Of a stretch of DNA of 64,000 nucleotides, positions 1-10,628 are shown one piece after another. This DNA comes from Schizochytrium sp. TIO01 (lineage: Eukaryota; Protista; Bigyra: Labyrinthulomycetes): contig SMSO01000032.1 in assembly GCA_004764695.1 (NCBI GenBank), positions 5,860,483 through 5,924,482 on the forward strand, in the 5' to 3' direction. Each line of letters starts with the position of its first letter. The stretch's first letter is position 1. The notes beneath the pieces are model-generated. The model did no database searches and had not been told where the DNA came from. It saw only the letters and a list, made by a program, of their open reading frames with translations. The translations under genes were made by a program, and so were the position numbers.

Positions 1-213
1 ACCCAAACTACCATAATTATCGTGCTGACCTGCTTTCTCTGTTTGCCGCTGTTCTGCATTTTGATGTTATGTTTAATTCGATGTTATAAGCAACGCTCCC
101 ATAAGACCAGGAGTATAATAAGTAATACCAAACAAGTAGTGTACACAGAAATTCCAAAAGAAAAGGAAAAAATCAATTTGAATCGCTTAAACACTAAAGA
201 TATGCCGATTTAA
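1..213 (+). CDS. C-terminal end of a probable membrane protein, truncated at window start
   Basis: Frame open from base 1 (TQTTIIIVLTCFLCLPLFCILMLCLIRCYKQR): hydrophobic helix followed by basic residues and a short tail. Confidence 0.6.
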   Translation, partial: TQTTIIIVLTCFLCLPLFCILMLCLIRCYKQRSHKTRSIISNTKQVVYTEIPKEKEKINLNRLNTKDMPI

Positions 214-1109
214 GGAATGAGTGGCATAGAGACTTTATCATGGTACTGGTAGTTTTCGATAATAAAATCTTCAAATTTCATACATTCTAGATCATTGATA
301 GAAGTAGGTTTTCTTTTGAATCGAAGGGTAGGAAATTCGAGCGGAGTACGTGCAATTTGCTTCCGCAATGGTTCTACGTGTTCTTCATAGATATGAGCAT
401 CCCCGATTACATGAATGAATTCATGCGCACGTGCATTAATGCAGCTCGCGATAAGCCGGGTTAACACAGCGTATGATGCGATGTTAAAGGGGAGTCCAAG
501 TCCGATATCGGCCGATCGCTGGAACAATAAACATGATAGATTATTGGACTCATCGAGATACATTTGAAATGTACAATGGCAAGGTGAGAGATTCATTTTG
601 TGGAGATCTTGGGGATTCCAAAATGAAACGACATGGCGCCGCGACGCACGGTCGTTACGAAGACCTTGAATAAGTCGGGACAGTTGATCTACTCCTTGGC
701 CTCTGTAGTCGCAATGCATACCTTTATACTCAGCTCCAGAGTGACGTAGTTGGAATCCATACATAGGTCCAATATCACCTCCTCGATAGTGTCCAAGGCC
801 TACGGAATCGAGGTGTGATTTGGAAGCATGAGCATCCCAAATCTTCACTTGTTTTCGGCTCAGTTCATTTGTATCTGTTGAACCCCTAATAAACCACAGT
901 AGTTCTTCTATAACACCTCTAAAGAAAACTTTTTTAGTTGTGAGTAATGGAATTCGCTGCTCTTCGTCAAGTTTAAACCGGAGTGTTTTACCAAACAAAG
1001 ATCGTGTTTTTGCTCCATTACGCCCGGCCCTCACATGCCCATTGTCGATACAATCCCGGACAAGAGCAAGATATGCCTCCTCGCCGTACTCGTTGTTATT
1101 AGACGTCAT
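210..1109 (-). CDS. thyA: Thymidylate synthase (ThyA type)
   Basis: PLLTTKKV, EELLWF, GPMYGFQ, catalytic PCH, QRSADIGLGLPFNIASY, GDAHIY motifs. Confidence 0.97.
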   Translation of the reverse strand: MTSNNNEYGEEAYLALVRDCIDNGHVRAGRNGAKTRSLFGKTLRFKLDEEQRIPLLTTKKVFFRGVIEELLWFIRGSTDTNELSRKQVKIWDAHASKSHLDSVGLGHYRGGDIGPMYGFQLRHSGAEYKGMHCDYRGQGVDQLSRLIQGLRNDRASRRHVVSFWNPQDLHKMNLSPCHCTFQMYLDESNNLSCLLFQRSADIGLGLPFNIASYAVLTRLIASCINARAHEFIHVIGDAHIYEEHVEPLRKQIARTPLEFPTLRFKRKPTSINDLECMKFEDFIIENYQYHDKVSMPLIP

Positions 1110-1233
1110 CGTCTCTTTTCGGTGTTTGCTGCATTTGAAAGATAAGTATATTAAAAAATGATACCAAACCCCTAACTCAGGATAGGTTTTACATTATTCA
1201 TGGTTATACATCTTGTTCAGTTGATTTCGTACT

Positions 1234-2331
1234 ATGTGTGTCAATACCAATAAATTTAGATTCGTCTGGCCCATGTCCGTAAAAGACTCTAAGAGAATCA
1301 TGATCAGTATGTTAAATGAACTTCCGAAAGGAATATTATTTGATACTCCCAGATTTGAAAGAATGTGGACTTCTGCATATCATAAAAAGTACATGCGGTG
1401 GTTTCAATATGTACTAACGGACTTGTGTCACCTATCTAACGTACGGTTTTGTCCTGATTGTGAAAAGTATAAATTTGTGTATGAATTCAGACTTGCGCAC
1501 AACTCCCCTGACGGTCTACGCAAACATTGTAGTCGATGCATATACAACAGACGTAGTGAAGTGACGGTAAGAATTAACACAGCATCTGCGCGGTTTAATG
1601 ATGAGAACTTTGACCCACGGGAGTTTCGAGAAGATATAGAAAGAAAGTTAGTGAAACAGAATTACTCATGTTGTTATACAATGGTACCATTTTCGCGAGG
1701 AAACGCAAGGCATCCGTTCGCTATGAGTATAGAACGCATTGATAGAACCATTCAGCGTTATTCGGATACAAAAAATACTGTTCTCACATTGAAGATTTTA
1801 AATGTTGGTGGACGGTTAAATTGGACATCAAAACTCACCTTACAGATACTTTTCCCTGAACTTGTTACAGTACGTACACTGAGTAATTACTCAAGACGAT
1901 CACAGGAAAGTTTTTTAAAATCGGTGTTATCCCGATGTAGAGATTCTTGTAAAACAAGAAACAAACGGCGTTTCTTAGAAAACCATGTGATGGAACTTAC
2001 CGTCGGGCAATTGCGAGAGATGCTCCGCAAACAAAAGGGACGGTGTTACTTTACGAATCTTCCGCTCGTTCTTTCGTCTTCGCATGAATTCAGTCTCTCC
2101 GTGGACCGAATTGATAATTCAATAGGGTATGTACAGTCCAATATCCGACTTGTTATCTCTAGAATGAATCTATCTAGTCAAACTTGGACGGATGAATTAT
2201 ACAAAGACTTCCATGAGCATTTGATGCGGAACAAAGAGAAGATTATCCGAGGCGCTGGCTTTTCTATGTGTGAAATAGGTAGTCGTAGGTTAAGATATTT
2301 TCTACGGGCAATTTCAACTAAAAGTACGTAA
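1234..2331 (+). CDS. Tandem HNH/His-Me-like putative homing endonuclease with N-terminal Zn ribbon
   Basis: CPDC...DGLRKHCSRC; two similar modules, CCYTMVPF...MSIERID...Y...N and GRCYFTNLPL...SVDRIDNSIGYVQSNIRLV...N. Confidence 0.7.
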   Translation: MCVNTNKFRFVWPMSVKDSKRIMISMLNELPKGILFDTPRFERMWTSAYHKKYMRWFQYVLTDLCHLSNVRFCPDCEKYKFVYEFRLAHNSPDGLRKHCSRCIYNRRSEVTVRINTASARFNDENFDPREFREDIERKLVKQNYSCCYTMVPFSRGNARHPFAMSIERIDRTIQRYSDTKNTVLTLKILNVGGRLNWTSKLTLQILFPELVTVRTLSNYSRRSQESFLKSVLSRCRDSCKTRNKRRFLENHVMELTVGQLREMLRKQKGRCYFTNLPLVLSSSHEFSLSVDRIDNSIGYVQSNIRLVISRMNLSSQTWTDELYKDFHEHLMRNKEKIIRGAGFSMCEIGSRRLRYFLRAISTKST

Positions 2332-2386
2332 CAATTATATACATTACCTACTGTAAAATAATATAAATTCGATAATCACATTCATC

Positions 2387-4843
2387 ATGACGAACCTGGC
2401 CTTGATCGAGACTCAGCAAAACCTTAATTCGGAAACCCAGCCCCGAGAAGTTAGCCAAGTCACCGACTACAAGAGCAATATCTGCAAGATGAACAAGAAC
2501 TCCAAGATCTTTATCGTGAAGCGCAATGGTGACATTGTTACCCCTGATTTCAATGCTGTCCTTCAGCGCATTGGATCTATGTGCGAAGGTCTCAACGCCG
2601 ATTTTGTTGATCCTGCGCAAGTAGCCCAGAAAACTATCAACGGTATCGTTGCGAATATGACAACCGCGCAGATTGATGATCTCTCTGCTTCCGTAGCCTC
2701 CAACATGGTGTATATCCACCCTGACTATGGATTGTTGGCTGGACGTCTTATCATGTCCAATCTACAGAAAAAGTGTCCTAAAACCTTTTCTGAGTCCATT
2801 CGGATCGGGTGGGAAGCTGGCGTCATTGCGGATGACGTGTACGAGTTTGTTCGTACCAATAAAGCCATTCTAAATAGTAGTATTCGTCCCAAGAACGACC
2901 TGAACTACAATGCATTTGCTGCCACCACCCTGAAGAACGCATACCTTTTGCGTGCTAATGGGGATCTGATTGAAACCCCCCAGTACGCTTTCATGCGTGT
3001 GGCTGTAGGAATTCATGCTGGCGACGTGGATAAGGCCATTGATACATACAACATGCTTTCTAGTGGCATGTACATTCACTCATCTCCCACCATTTTTAAT
3101 GCGGGTACGAAAATGCCCCAGATGGCATCTTGTTTTCTTGTAGATATGCAAGATGACTCAATCTATGGTATCTTTACAACCCTTCGTACCTGTGCGCTCA
3201 TTTCAAAGATGGCAGGTGGAATCGGGCTTACTGTAAGTAAGGTGCGTTCCAAGGGTTGTCGAATCAATGGTACCAATGGTGAATCAGCTGGAATCATCCC
3301 GATGCTCAGATGCTTCAATAGTACAGCTAGGTATGTCAATCAGGCCGGTAGGCGCAAAGGAAGTTTTGCAATCTTCATTCAACCTCATCACCCAGACCTA
3401 CTTGACTTTCTAGAATTGAAAAATCCGTTCGGAGACGAAGAGTTGCGCACACGCGACCTTTTCACAGCAATTTACGCTTCCAATCTATTTTTCAAGCGTG
3501 TAGAGACACCTGGTGCCTTGTGGACGTTTTTTGATCCAGTTCACACTGCTCATCTGAATGATCTCTACGATGATCATGATGATCTTGCCTACACTCGCGA
3601 GTATGAACGTCTTGAAAAGGAAGGAACACACGTTGTTCGTCAGATGCAAGCGCGTGATGTTTGGAACACTATCATTAATAACCAACTCAAGAGCGGTGTA
3701 CCTTATATCACCAATAAGGATCGTGTGAATGAAACTTCCAACCATAAAAACCTTGGCCCTATCCGTTCAAGTAATCTGTGCAATGAAATTGTTCAGTATT
3801 CCTCCCCGGACGAGACAGCCGTGTGCAACCTGGCTAGTATCTGCCTCCCGAAATTTACCAATGAAGACTGTACAGATGTCGACTGTGAAAAGATTGCACA
3901 TTACACAGGAAAGGTTGTGGAAAACCTGAATAAGGTCATCGATAGGTCGTGTTATCCCACGGATTGTTCCAAACGTTCCAACGAACGCCACCGGCCTGTT
4001 GGTGTGGGTGTGTCGGGATTGGCGGATTTGTTCTGGAAGCTTCGGATTCCTTTCGATTCGACTAAGGCGCGTGAGGTAAACAAGAAGATTTTCGAGAGTA
4101 TGTATTTTGGTGCTCTACGAAAGAGCGTCGATCTCGCGAAAGAGTATGGTCATTATGAGAGTTACTTGGAGAATGGTGGGTGTCCCCTGAGCCGTGGTCA
4201 ACTGAATTGTGACCTGTGGGACACAAAACCAGCACTTGCATGTTTTGATTGGGATGGACTCCGCCAAGACTTGGCCAAGTATGGTGCACGTTCAAGTTTG
4301 CATATTGCCCTTATGCCAACGGCGACTAGTTCAACCATTTTGGGCGTAAATGAAGCTTTTGAGCCAGTGACTTCTAATATGTACATGAGAAAAACACTCT
4401 CTGGTGAGTTTTTTATTGTGAACAGATTTCTCGTCGAAGACCTGTGTAAAAGAGGCCTGTGGGATGATAATGGAATCATGGCGAAACGTATCCGTAGTGC
4501 AGATGGTTCTATTGCCGAAATAGATTCGATTCCTGATGACATCAAGGCGTTGTACAAGACTGTGTGGGAAATGGGTAACAGGAGTATTATTGACATGGCA
4601 GCTGAACGATCACCGTGGGTTGATCAGAGTCAATCGATGAACCTATTCCTCTCAAATCCCACGCCTCGACAGCTATCATCGATGTATTTCTATGCCCAGC
4701 GTAAAAAACTCAAGACAATTGTCTACTATCTTCGCATGCAGACCGCATCGACCACCTCACATGTTGGACTTCGTAATCAAGAAACTGGGAGCATTTCGAG
4801 CAACGAACAGAATGAAGAAGAATGTTTGGCTTGTTCTGCATAA
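2387..4843 (+). CDS. nrdA: Ribonucleotide reductase class Ia large subunit; probable true start 2489
   Basis: ATP-cone IVKRNG, SPTIFNAG, SCFL, SNLCNE, MPTATSS, DQSQSMNL, YYLR, C-terminal CLACSA. Confidence 0.98.
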   Translation: MTNLALIETQQNLNSETQPREVSQVTDYKSNICKMNKNSKIFIVKRNGDIVTPDFNAVLQRIGSMCEGLNADFVDPAQVAQKTINGIVANMTTAQIDDLSASVASNMVYIHPDYGLLAGRLIMSNLQKKCPKTFSESIRIGWEAGVIADDVYEFVRTNKAILNSSIRPKNDLNYNAFAATTLKNAYLLRANGDLIETPQYAFMRVAVGIHAGDVDKAIDTYNMLSSGMYIHSSPTIFNAGTKMPQMASCFLVDMQDDSIYGIFTTLRTCALISKMAGGIGLTVSKVRSKGCRINGTNGESAGIIPMLRCFNSTARYVNQAGRRKGSFAIFIQPHHPDLLDFLELKNPFGDEELRTRDLFTAIYASNLFFKRVETPGALWTFFDPVHTAHLNDLYDDHDDLAYTREYERLEKEGTHVVRQMQARDVWNTIINNQLKSGVPYITNKDRVNETSNHKNLGPIRSSNLCNEIVQYSSPDETAVCNLASICLPKFTNEDCTDVDCEKIAHYTGKVVENLNKVIDRSCYPTDCSKRSNERHRPVGVGVSGLADLFWKLRIPFDSTKAREVNKKIFESMYFGALRKSVDLAKEYGHYESYLENGGCPLSRGQLNCDLWDTKPALACFDWDGLRQDLAKYGARSSLHIALMPTATSSTILGVNEAFEPVTSNMYMRKTLSGEFFIVNRFLVEDLCKRGLWDDNGIMAKRIRSADGSIAEIDSIPDDIKALYKTVWEMGNRSIIDMAAERSPWVDQSQSMNLFLSNPTPRQLSSMYFYAQRKKLKTIVYYLRMQTASTTSHVGLRNQETGSISSNEQNEEECLACSA

Positions 4844-4861
4844 TATGATAATTAGATTAAG

Positions 4862-7800
4862 TTAAAGAATTGTTGGATTTGATATGATAATATTGCGTTG
4901 TAGCCTTTTCTGGGCCTTCGACTTACGATACGTGTGTATGCAAATTGCAACGATGACCACTAGAATGATCAAAAATAATGATCCGCCTATGATAGATCCA
5001 TATAAAATGAGTTGTTGTGATCCAAGACTGCTACTAGTTGGAGGAGTTGTTGGTTCCGGGGTTGCTGATGGTTGGTAATGTGTAGGTGCTGATGTTGTTG
5101 GAGAAGTAGGGCTGGAAGTTGTCGGAGTTTGTGGGCTATAAGTGGGTCCGACAGATGGTACCCTTGTAAGTGTAGGTGGTGGTGAAGCGGTGATAGGACT
5201 TTTAGTAGGAGTGATTGATGTTGGAACTTGAGTAGGATTCATTGTCGGGGCCCTAGTTGGGTTTTCGACACTATAGATACAGTTAGCCATGTCGCCGAAC
5301 CAGATGGAACGGCATGACTCTTTAGTGTTTCCAGTTGCCCACGTGCCTGTGTCATATGTGTTACTCATCATGTCAGGACCTACACAGTCGTAAAGGTTGC
5401 ATCTTAAAAGATGGCTGTCATCAGACAAAGTAATTAGAACCGAATTGCATGTACCTGTATTATCCTTAATATTATAATCGATACATTTGTCAGCACAGAA
5501 TACATAGGGATCATAGGGTTCAGGAAGATCTGACTCAGAGTATGGTCCATAAATAGTAAGTGTATTATCACACAAAAGTTTGTTATGTTGGTTCTGATAG
5601 GTCCACTTACCGTCTTCTGCAAAGAACTCTGTATTGTCATAATCTAAGGTTTCGTAGAAGCAAGTTCTTTTCTTATATTCTTCAGTATAAAGTGCATTAC
5701 TTGAACATTCAAGCTTTGGAATTTCTCTTGCATCTACTTCTGAAGTATAAAATTCACCATTCACATTGCATGAGCTAGACATAGTATAACCCTTATTGGA
5801 GATAAATGGGGCCAATGTAGGCATCATTGTGGGAGAAGGAGTAAGCACTGGTGCTTTTGTAGGAACCATAGTTGTCGGTCGGTTTGATGGGTATAGAGTA
5901 GGTAGTAAGGTTGGTGTATTGGTAGGTGCTGACGTTGGACCGATTGAAGGATACTCAGTTGGTTGTTGTGTGGGCGCCGGTGTTGGGTATAAAGTCGGTT
6001 GTTGTGTTGATTCTAAATATTGTTGCACCTCTAATGAACACTGTGGCATATCATTAAACCAAATAGATCGGCATGATTCCTTGGTGTTACCGGTTGCCCA
6101 GTATCCAATTAGGTATTCATCACTTGTAAGCGTAGGTCCGACACAGTCATTTAGCCAGCATCTCACAGCGTATGTGTCTTCAGATTGTGAAATGTATACA
6201 GAATTGCAAACACCAGCTCCAGACGTTGTATAGTTAATACATCTTTCTGCACAAAAAACATATGGATCATAGGGGGTAGGAAGGGTGTTATAAGGAAATG
6301 GCCCATCCTCAACCTGTACCCCATCACAATTTAACCTGTTATGTTTATTTTGATACGTCCATTTACCGTCCTCAGCGAAAAATGTAGTATTGTCATAATC
6401 AAGTGTTTCGAATGAACAACTTCCTTGCTTATTCTGATCAGTATAAAGATTACTTGAATCACATTCCATTTCTGGAATCATCCGTCCATCCACCCACGAC
6501 TCCATAAAATCACCATTATGAGAGCAACTACTAGACATTGCATATCCGCGAGTAGACATGAATGGAGCACTAGTGGGGTACGCGGTAGGAGAAAATGTTG
6601 GAACAGGTGCCATCGTCGGTTCATTTGATGGGTAATAAGTTGGTGAGATAGTCGGAAATGATGTTGGTGCATTCGTTGGTACTATGGTAGGATTAAGGGT
6701 AGGGTTATTGGTAGGGGTTTGTGATGGTGTAATGGTCGGATATTCTGTAGGGTAATATGTAGGAATCAATGTTGGTGTTAGTGTTGGCATGTTTGTTGGG
6801 TCAGGCGTGGGATAGTAGGTCGGATTATTTGTAGGGGTAGCGGAAGGATATAGTGTGGGTGAAAGAGTAGGATCGACTGTTGGCAAAAGCGTTGGTGAGT
6901 GTGTAGGTGAAAGAGTAGGATCGACTGTTGGCAAAAGCGTTGGTGAGTGTGTAGGTGAAAGAGTAGGATCGACTGTGGGCAAAAGCGTTGGTGAGTGTGT
7001 AGGTGAAAGAGTAGGATCGACTGTAGGCAAAAGCGTTGGTGAGTGTGTAGGTGAAAGGGTATTTAAAAGATACTCATCCACTGCACTTGAGCACTCTGAC
7101 ATATCTTTAAACCAAATCGAGCGACCAGACTCTTTTGTGTTGCCAGTTGCCCAATATCCGGTGGTATAGTTATCACTCGTCATGTTAGGACCAACACAGT
7201 CATACATATAACATCGCAATGCATACGTGTCATCGGCTTGAGCTATGTAAACAGAATTGCATACTCCGTCACCTGAATGGGTGTGATTAATACATTTCTC
7301 TGCGCAGAACACATAAGGGTCGTATGGTAAGGGTAGACTAGAATAAGCGTACGGTCCGTCTGCGACTTCAACACTGTCGCACATCCATTTATTATGTCTA
7401 TCTTGATATGTCCACTTTCCATCCTCGCCGAAAAATGTAGTATTATCGTAATCAAGTGTTTCATATGTACATTCCGTCTGTTGATTCTGCTCCGAGTATA
7501 ACTTAAGAGGGTCACAATCCATTTCTGGAATCATTCGACCATCCACCCAGGATTCCATAAAATCACCATTGTGGGCACAAGTGCTAGACATTGCATATCC
7601 TCGATTATTCACGTATGGTGCCCCTGTTGGTGCATAACTTGGGACAGATGATGGTGTCAGAGTTGTTGGAGTGCCTGTTGGTGTATTCGTGCTCATATCA
7701 GTTGGCGAGATCGTCGGTTCTATTGTAGGTTTATTAGTGGGACTTATGGTAGGATTCAAAGTTGGTGTTAATGTTGGTGAATCGGTTGGAGATTCAGTTG

Positions 7801-10120
7801 GACTCGATGTGGGTGTTAAGGTTGGTGAATCTGTAGGGGAATCCGTGGGATTCAAAGTAGGTGTTAAGGTTGGTGATTCGGTAGGACTCGAAGTAGGTAT
7901 TAAGGTTGGCGATTCAGTAGGGAATTCAGTAGGACTTGAAGTGGGTGTTAAGGTTGGTGATTTGGTAGGGAAGTCAGTAGGACTCGAAGTAGGTATTAAG
8001 GTTGGTGATTCAGTAGGGAAATCCGTAGGATTTGAAGTAGGTGTTAAGGTTGGCGATTCAGTAGGGAAGTCAGTAGGATCTGAAGTAGGTGTTAAGGTTG
8101 GCGAATTTGTAGGAGATTCAGACGGATTCAAAGTAGGATTCAAAGTAGGATTCAAAGTAGGATTCGAAGTAGGATTCGAAGTAGGATTTGAAGTAGGTGT
8201 TAAGGTCGGTGACTCGGTAGGGGATTCAGTAGGACTCGATGTGGGTGTTAAGGTTGGTGAATCTGTAGGTGAATACGTAGGATTCAAAGTAGGTGTTAAG
8301 GTTGGTGATTCGGTAGGACTCGAAGTAGGTATTAAGGTTGGCGATTCAGTAGGGAATTCAGTAGGACTTGAAGTGGGTGTTAAGGTTGGTGATTTGGTAG
8401 GGAAGTCAGTAGGACTCGAAGTAGGTATTAAGGTTGGTGATTCAGTAGGGGAATCCGTAGGATTTGAAGTAGGTGTTAAGGTTGGCGAATTTGTAGGAGA
8501 TTCAGACGGATTCAAAGTAGGATTCGAAGTAGGATTCAAAGTAGGATTTGAAGTAGGTGTTAAGGTTGGGGAATCGGTAGGCGATTCAGTAGGACTTGAA
8601 GTAGGTGTTAAAGTTGGTGACTCAGTTGGGAAATTAGTAGGATTCGAAGTAGGTGTTAAGGTTGGTGAATTAGTGGGATTTGAAGTTGGTGAATCAGTAG
8701 GACTGTTTGTTGGTTCTTCAGTGATGTTATACCAATCAGCGTTGAAAACATCTCCTAATATTGCAGGAAATGTACTTTCTGCTCCACCCGCGAAAACATC
8801 AAATGGGGCATTAACGTAAATAGGATGTTCTGTTGTACCAAAAACTATAACACAAGATTCTGTTCCATCAATATACAATGTTGCATTACTACCATCAATA
8901 ACTTCTACATCAATATGATGCAAGTTCCCCAATTCTAAATCAATTTCCGAATCACAACCCTGGTTCGAATTTGATGTCGTTGATACCCTCAGAAGAAGCG
9001 TTGTAGAACCTTGTTTAATAAATAAAGCAGGTTGTCGCACATAAGCGGATGATTGTCTTTCTGATCCACGCTGAATGACACCCTGAGCAGTAGATGAGTA
9101 TATTTCATTCAATTGCATATCAAAACTGAAGTGGTAAGAATCTGTAATGATAATGTCTTCTTGAATTTTCGTTCGTGTCATAGATGGTGCGTTTGTTGGG
9201 GATAAGGTTGGTATATTTGTGGGAACTAGCGTTGGTTCTGAAGTTGGATTCAGAGTTGGATAGTTTGTGGGAACTAGCGTTGGTTCTGAAGTTGGATTCA
9301 GAGTTGGATAGTTTGTGGGAACTAGCGTTGGTTCTGAGGTGGGATTTAGAGTTGGGTAATTTGTTGGGAGTAGCGTAGGTTCTGAAGTAGGATTTAGAGT
9401 TGGGTTATTTGTTGGTGTGAATGTAGGATATAATGTAGGACTATGAGTGGGTGCGCTTGTTGGTGGGAAGTTAATTTGATCGTAACACTGACTCATATTA
9501 TGGAACCATATTGATCTCCCAGATTCCTTTGTATTACCGGTCGCCCAGTAACCTGATGCATAAGTATTACTTGTCATATCTGGCCCAACACAGTCATTTA
9601 ACCAACACCTTATATTGTACGTATCATCTGCTTGGGCTATATAAACCGAATTGCATACACCATCACCTGAAAGGGTGTAATTAATGCATTTATCTGCACA
9701 GAATACATAAGGATCATACGGTACAGGTAGACTATCATAATCATACGGTCCATCTTCTATCTGAATGCTGGCACAATTAAGTTTGTTATGACGATCCTGG
9801 TACGTCCACTTACCATCTACTCCGAAAAATGTAGTATTATCATAGTCCAAAGTTTCATACACGCACTTTGACATTCGATTTGAAGAGGTATACAGCTTCG
9901 TGGGGTCGCAGTCCATTTTAGGAATCATTCGTCCATCAACCCAAGATTCCATGTATTCCCCATTGAGATTACACGTGCTAGACATTGCATATCCCCTATT
10001 ACTCATGTATGGTGCTCCTGTTGGGGCAAACGTTGGACCTTGTGATGGTGTGAGTGTAGCCGAGACACTAAGTGATAGTAAACAATACCATGATAGATAA
10101 AGTAAGCTTAAGTTGATCAT
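4862..10120 (-). CDS. 1752-aa type I membrane glycoprotein: four Cys-rich (PAN/apple-like) repeats, a possible LamG-like domain and mucin-like P-T-x-x linkers
   Basis: Signal peptide; four copies of GYAMSS.C..NG...ES.VDGR.IP...YETLDYDNT.FF..DGKWTYQ..HN...PYDPYVFCA.KC...WATGNTKES.RSIWF; C-terminal TM helix and basic tail. Confidence 0.85.
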   Translation of the reverse strand: MINLSLLYLSWYCLLSLSVSATLTPSQGPTFAPTGAPYMSNRGYAMSSTCNLNGEYMESWVDGRMIPKMDCDPTKLYTSSNRMSKCVYETLDYDNTTFFGVDGKWTYQDRHNKLNCASIQIEDGPYDYDSLPVPYDPYVFCADKCINYTLSGDGVCNSVYIAQADDTYNIRCWLNDCVGPDMTSNTYASGYWATGNTKESGRSIWFHNMSQCYDQINFPPTSAPTHSPTLYPTFTPTNNPTLNPTSEPTLLPTNYPTLNPTSEPTLVPTNYPTLNPTSEPTLVPTNYPTLNPTSEPTLVPTNIPTLSPTNAPSMTRTKIQEDIIITDSYHFSFDMQLNEIYSSTAQGVIQRGSERQSSAYVRQPALFIKQGSTTLLLRVSTTSNSNQGCDSEIDLELGNLHHIDVEVIDGSNATLYIDGTESCVIVFGTTEHPIYVNAPFDVFAGGAESTFPAILGDVFNADWYNITEEPTNSPTDSPTSNPTNSPTLTPTSNPTNFPTESPTLTPTSSPTESPTDSPTLTPTSNPTLNPTSNPTLNPSESPTNSPTLTPTSNPTDSPTESPTLIPTSSPTDFPTKSPTLTPTSSPTEFPTESPTLIPTSSPTESPTLTPTLNPTYSPTDSPTLTPTSSPTESPTESPTLTPTSNPTSNPTSNPTLNPTLNPTLNPSESPTNSPTLTPTSDPTDFPTESPTLTPTSNPTDFPTESPTLIPTSSPTDFPTKSPTLTPTSSPTEFPTESPTLIPTSSPTESPTLTPTLNPTDSPTDSPTLTPTSSPTESPTDSPTLTPTLNPTISPTNKPTIEPTISPTDMSTNTPTGTPTTLTPSSVPSYAPTGAPYVNNRGYAMSSTCAHNGDFMESWVDGRMIPEMDCDPLKLYSEQNQQTECTYETLDYDNTTFFGEDGKWTYQDRHNKWMCDSVEVADGPYAYSSLPLPYDPYVFCAEKCINHTHSGDGVCNSVYIAQADDTYALRCYMYDCVGPNMTSDNYTTGYWATGNTKESGRSIWFKDMSECSSAVDEYLLNTLSPTHSPTLLPTVDPTLSPTHSPTLLPTVDPTLSPTHSPTLLPTVDPTLSPTHSPTLLPTVDPTLSPTLYPSATPTNNPTYYPTPDPTNMPTLTPTLIPTYYPTEYPTITPSQTPTNNPTLNPTIVPTNAPTSFPTISPTYYPSNEPTMAPVPTFSPTAYPTSAPFMSTRGYAMSSSCSHNGDFMESWVDGRMIPEMECDSSNLYTDQNKQGSCSFETLDYDNTTFFAEDGKWTYQNKHNRLNCDGVQVEDGPFPYNTLPTPYDPYVFCAERCINYTTSGAGVCNSVYISQSEDTYAVRCWLNDCVGPTLTSDEYLIGYWATGNTKESCRSIWFNDMPQCSLEVQQYLESTQQPTLYPTPAPTQQPTEYPSIGPTSAPTNTPTLLPTLYPSNRPTTMVPTKAPVLTPSPTMMPTLAPFISNKGYTMSSSCNVNGEFYTSEVDAREIPKLECSSNALYTEEYKKRTCFYETLDYDNTEFFAEDGKWTYQNQHNKLLCDNTLTIYGPYSESDLPEPYDPYVFCADKCIDYNIKDNTGTCNSVLITLSDDSHLLRCNLYDCVGPDMMSNTYDTGTWATGNTKESCRSIWFGDMANCIYSVENPTRAPTMNPTQVPTSITPTKSPITASPPPTLTRVPSVGPTYSPQTPTTSSPTSPTTSAPTHYQPSATPEPTTPPTSSSLGSQQLILYGSIIGGSLFLIILVVIVAICIHTYRKSKAQKRLQRNIIISNPTIL
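6853..7058. repeat. 48-bp coding tandem repeat, about 4 copies (PTLSPTHSPTLLPTVD)
   Basis: gtgtaggtgaaagagtaggatcgactgttggcaaaagcgttggtgagt repeated almost exactly. Confidence 0.9.
7770..8715. repeat. 12-bp-period P-T-x-x coding repeat with a higher-order duplication of about 420 bp
   Basis: Repeated gtaggtgttaaggttggt units; the block near 7795-8160 recurs near 8228-8530. Confidence 0.85.
9217..9410. repeat. 48-bp coding tandem repeat, about 4 copies (PTNYPTLNPTSEPTLV)
   Basis: tttgtgggaactagcgttggttctgaagttggattcagagttggatag repeated. Confidence 0.85.
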
Positions 10121-10185
10121 TTATACTCTTTATGTTATATTGATTCTATAAGCATATAATGGGAAAGTCAAAGAACATATACATA

Positions 10186-10530
10186 TTATATGACTTTAAT
10201 GTGAGAAATAAATAGTATTATTCCTAAACCGGTAAAATGTTCCGAAAACGTAGAGAGCCCTTTAACTAATATCGGTAGTGGAACACTCCGCGCTTTATTG
10301 CTTAGTTCTAAATTTCTGTTCCATGAATCATCCAGCACGAGTGTATCTTCGGGTAATCCACATTCGGCTTGAAGTAGTTTGAGATCATTGGCACCGTCAT
10401 CAAATGATAAACATAGATCTGTATTCCACCAATTTTGTAACTTATCAAATAAGTCCTCTTCAGGGCTAGCCTCTAATTGCATTAGAGATCCATCAAATAG
10501 ATCTTGTATACTAATACAATCTACTGTCAT
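10186..10530 (-). CDS. Small acidic hypothetical protein downstream of repeat array A
   Basis: ATG-initiated 114-aa ORF; D/E-rich with scattered W/F/L; hydrophobic C-terminus; preceded by CACCAAAC-type repeats. Confidence 0.55.
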   Translation of the reverse strand: MTVDCISIQDLFDGSLMQLEASPEEDLFDKLQNWWNTDLCLSFDDGANDLKLLQAECGLPEDTLVLDDSWNRNLELSNKARSVPLPILVKGLSTFSEHFTGLGIILFISHIKVI

Positions 10531-10628
10531 TTGTGAAAATTCAGTCTTGCGTTTGGTGTTTGGTGCTTGGTGTTTGGTGCTTTAAAGCTTGGAATATATC
10601 ATAATTACTAATGTAAGTTACAAGGATT

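Noticed and set aside
7671-8819. 382-aa plus-strand V/G-rich ORF, also 5796-6233 and 6855-7169
   Set aside because: Antisense shadows of the P-T-x-x repeats, whose reverse complement lacks stop codons
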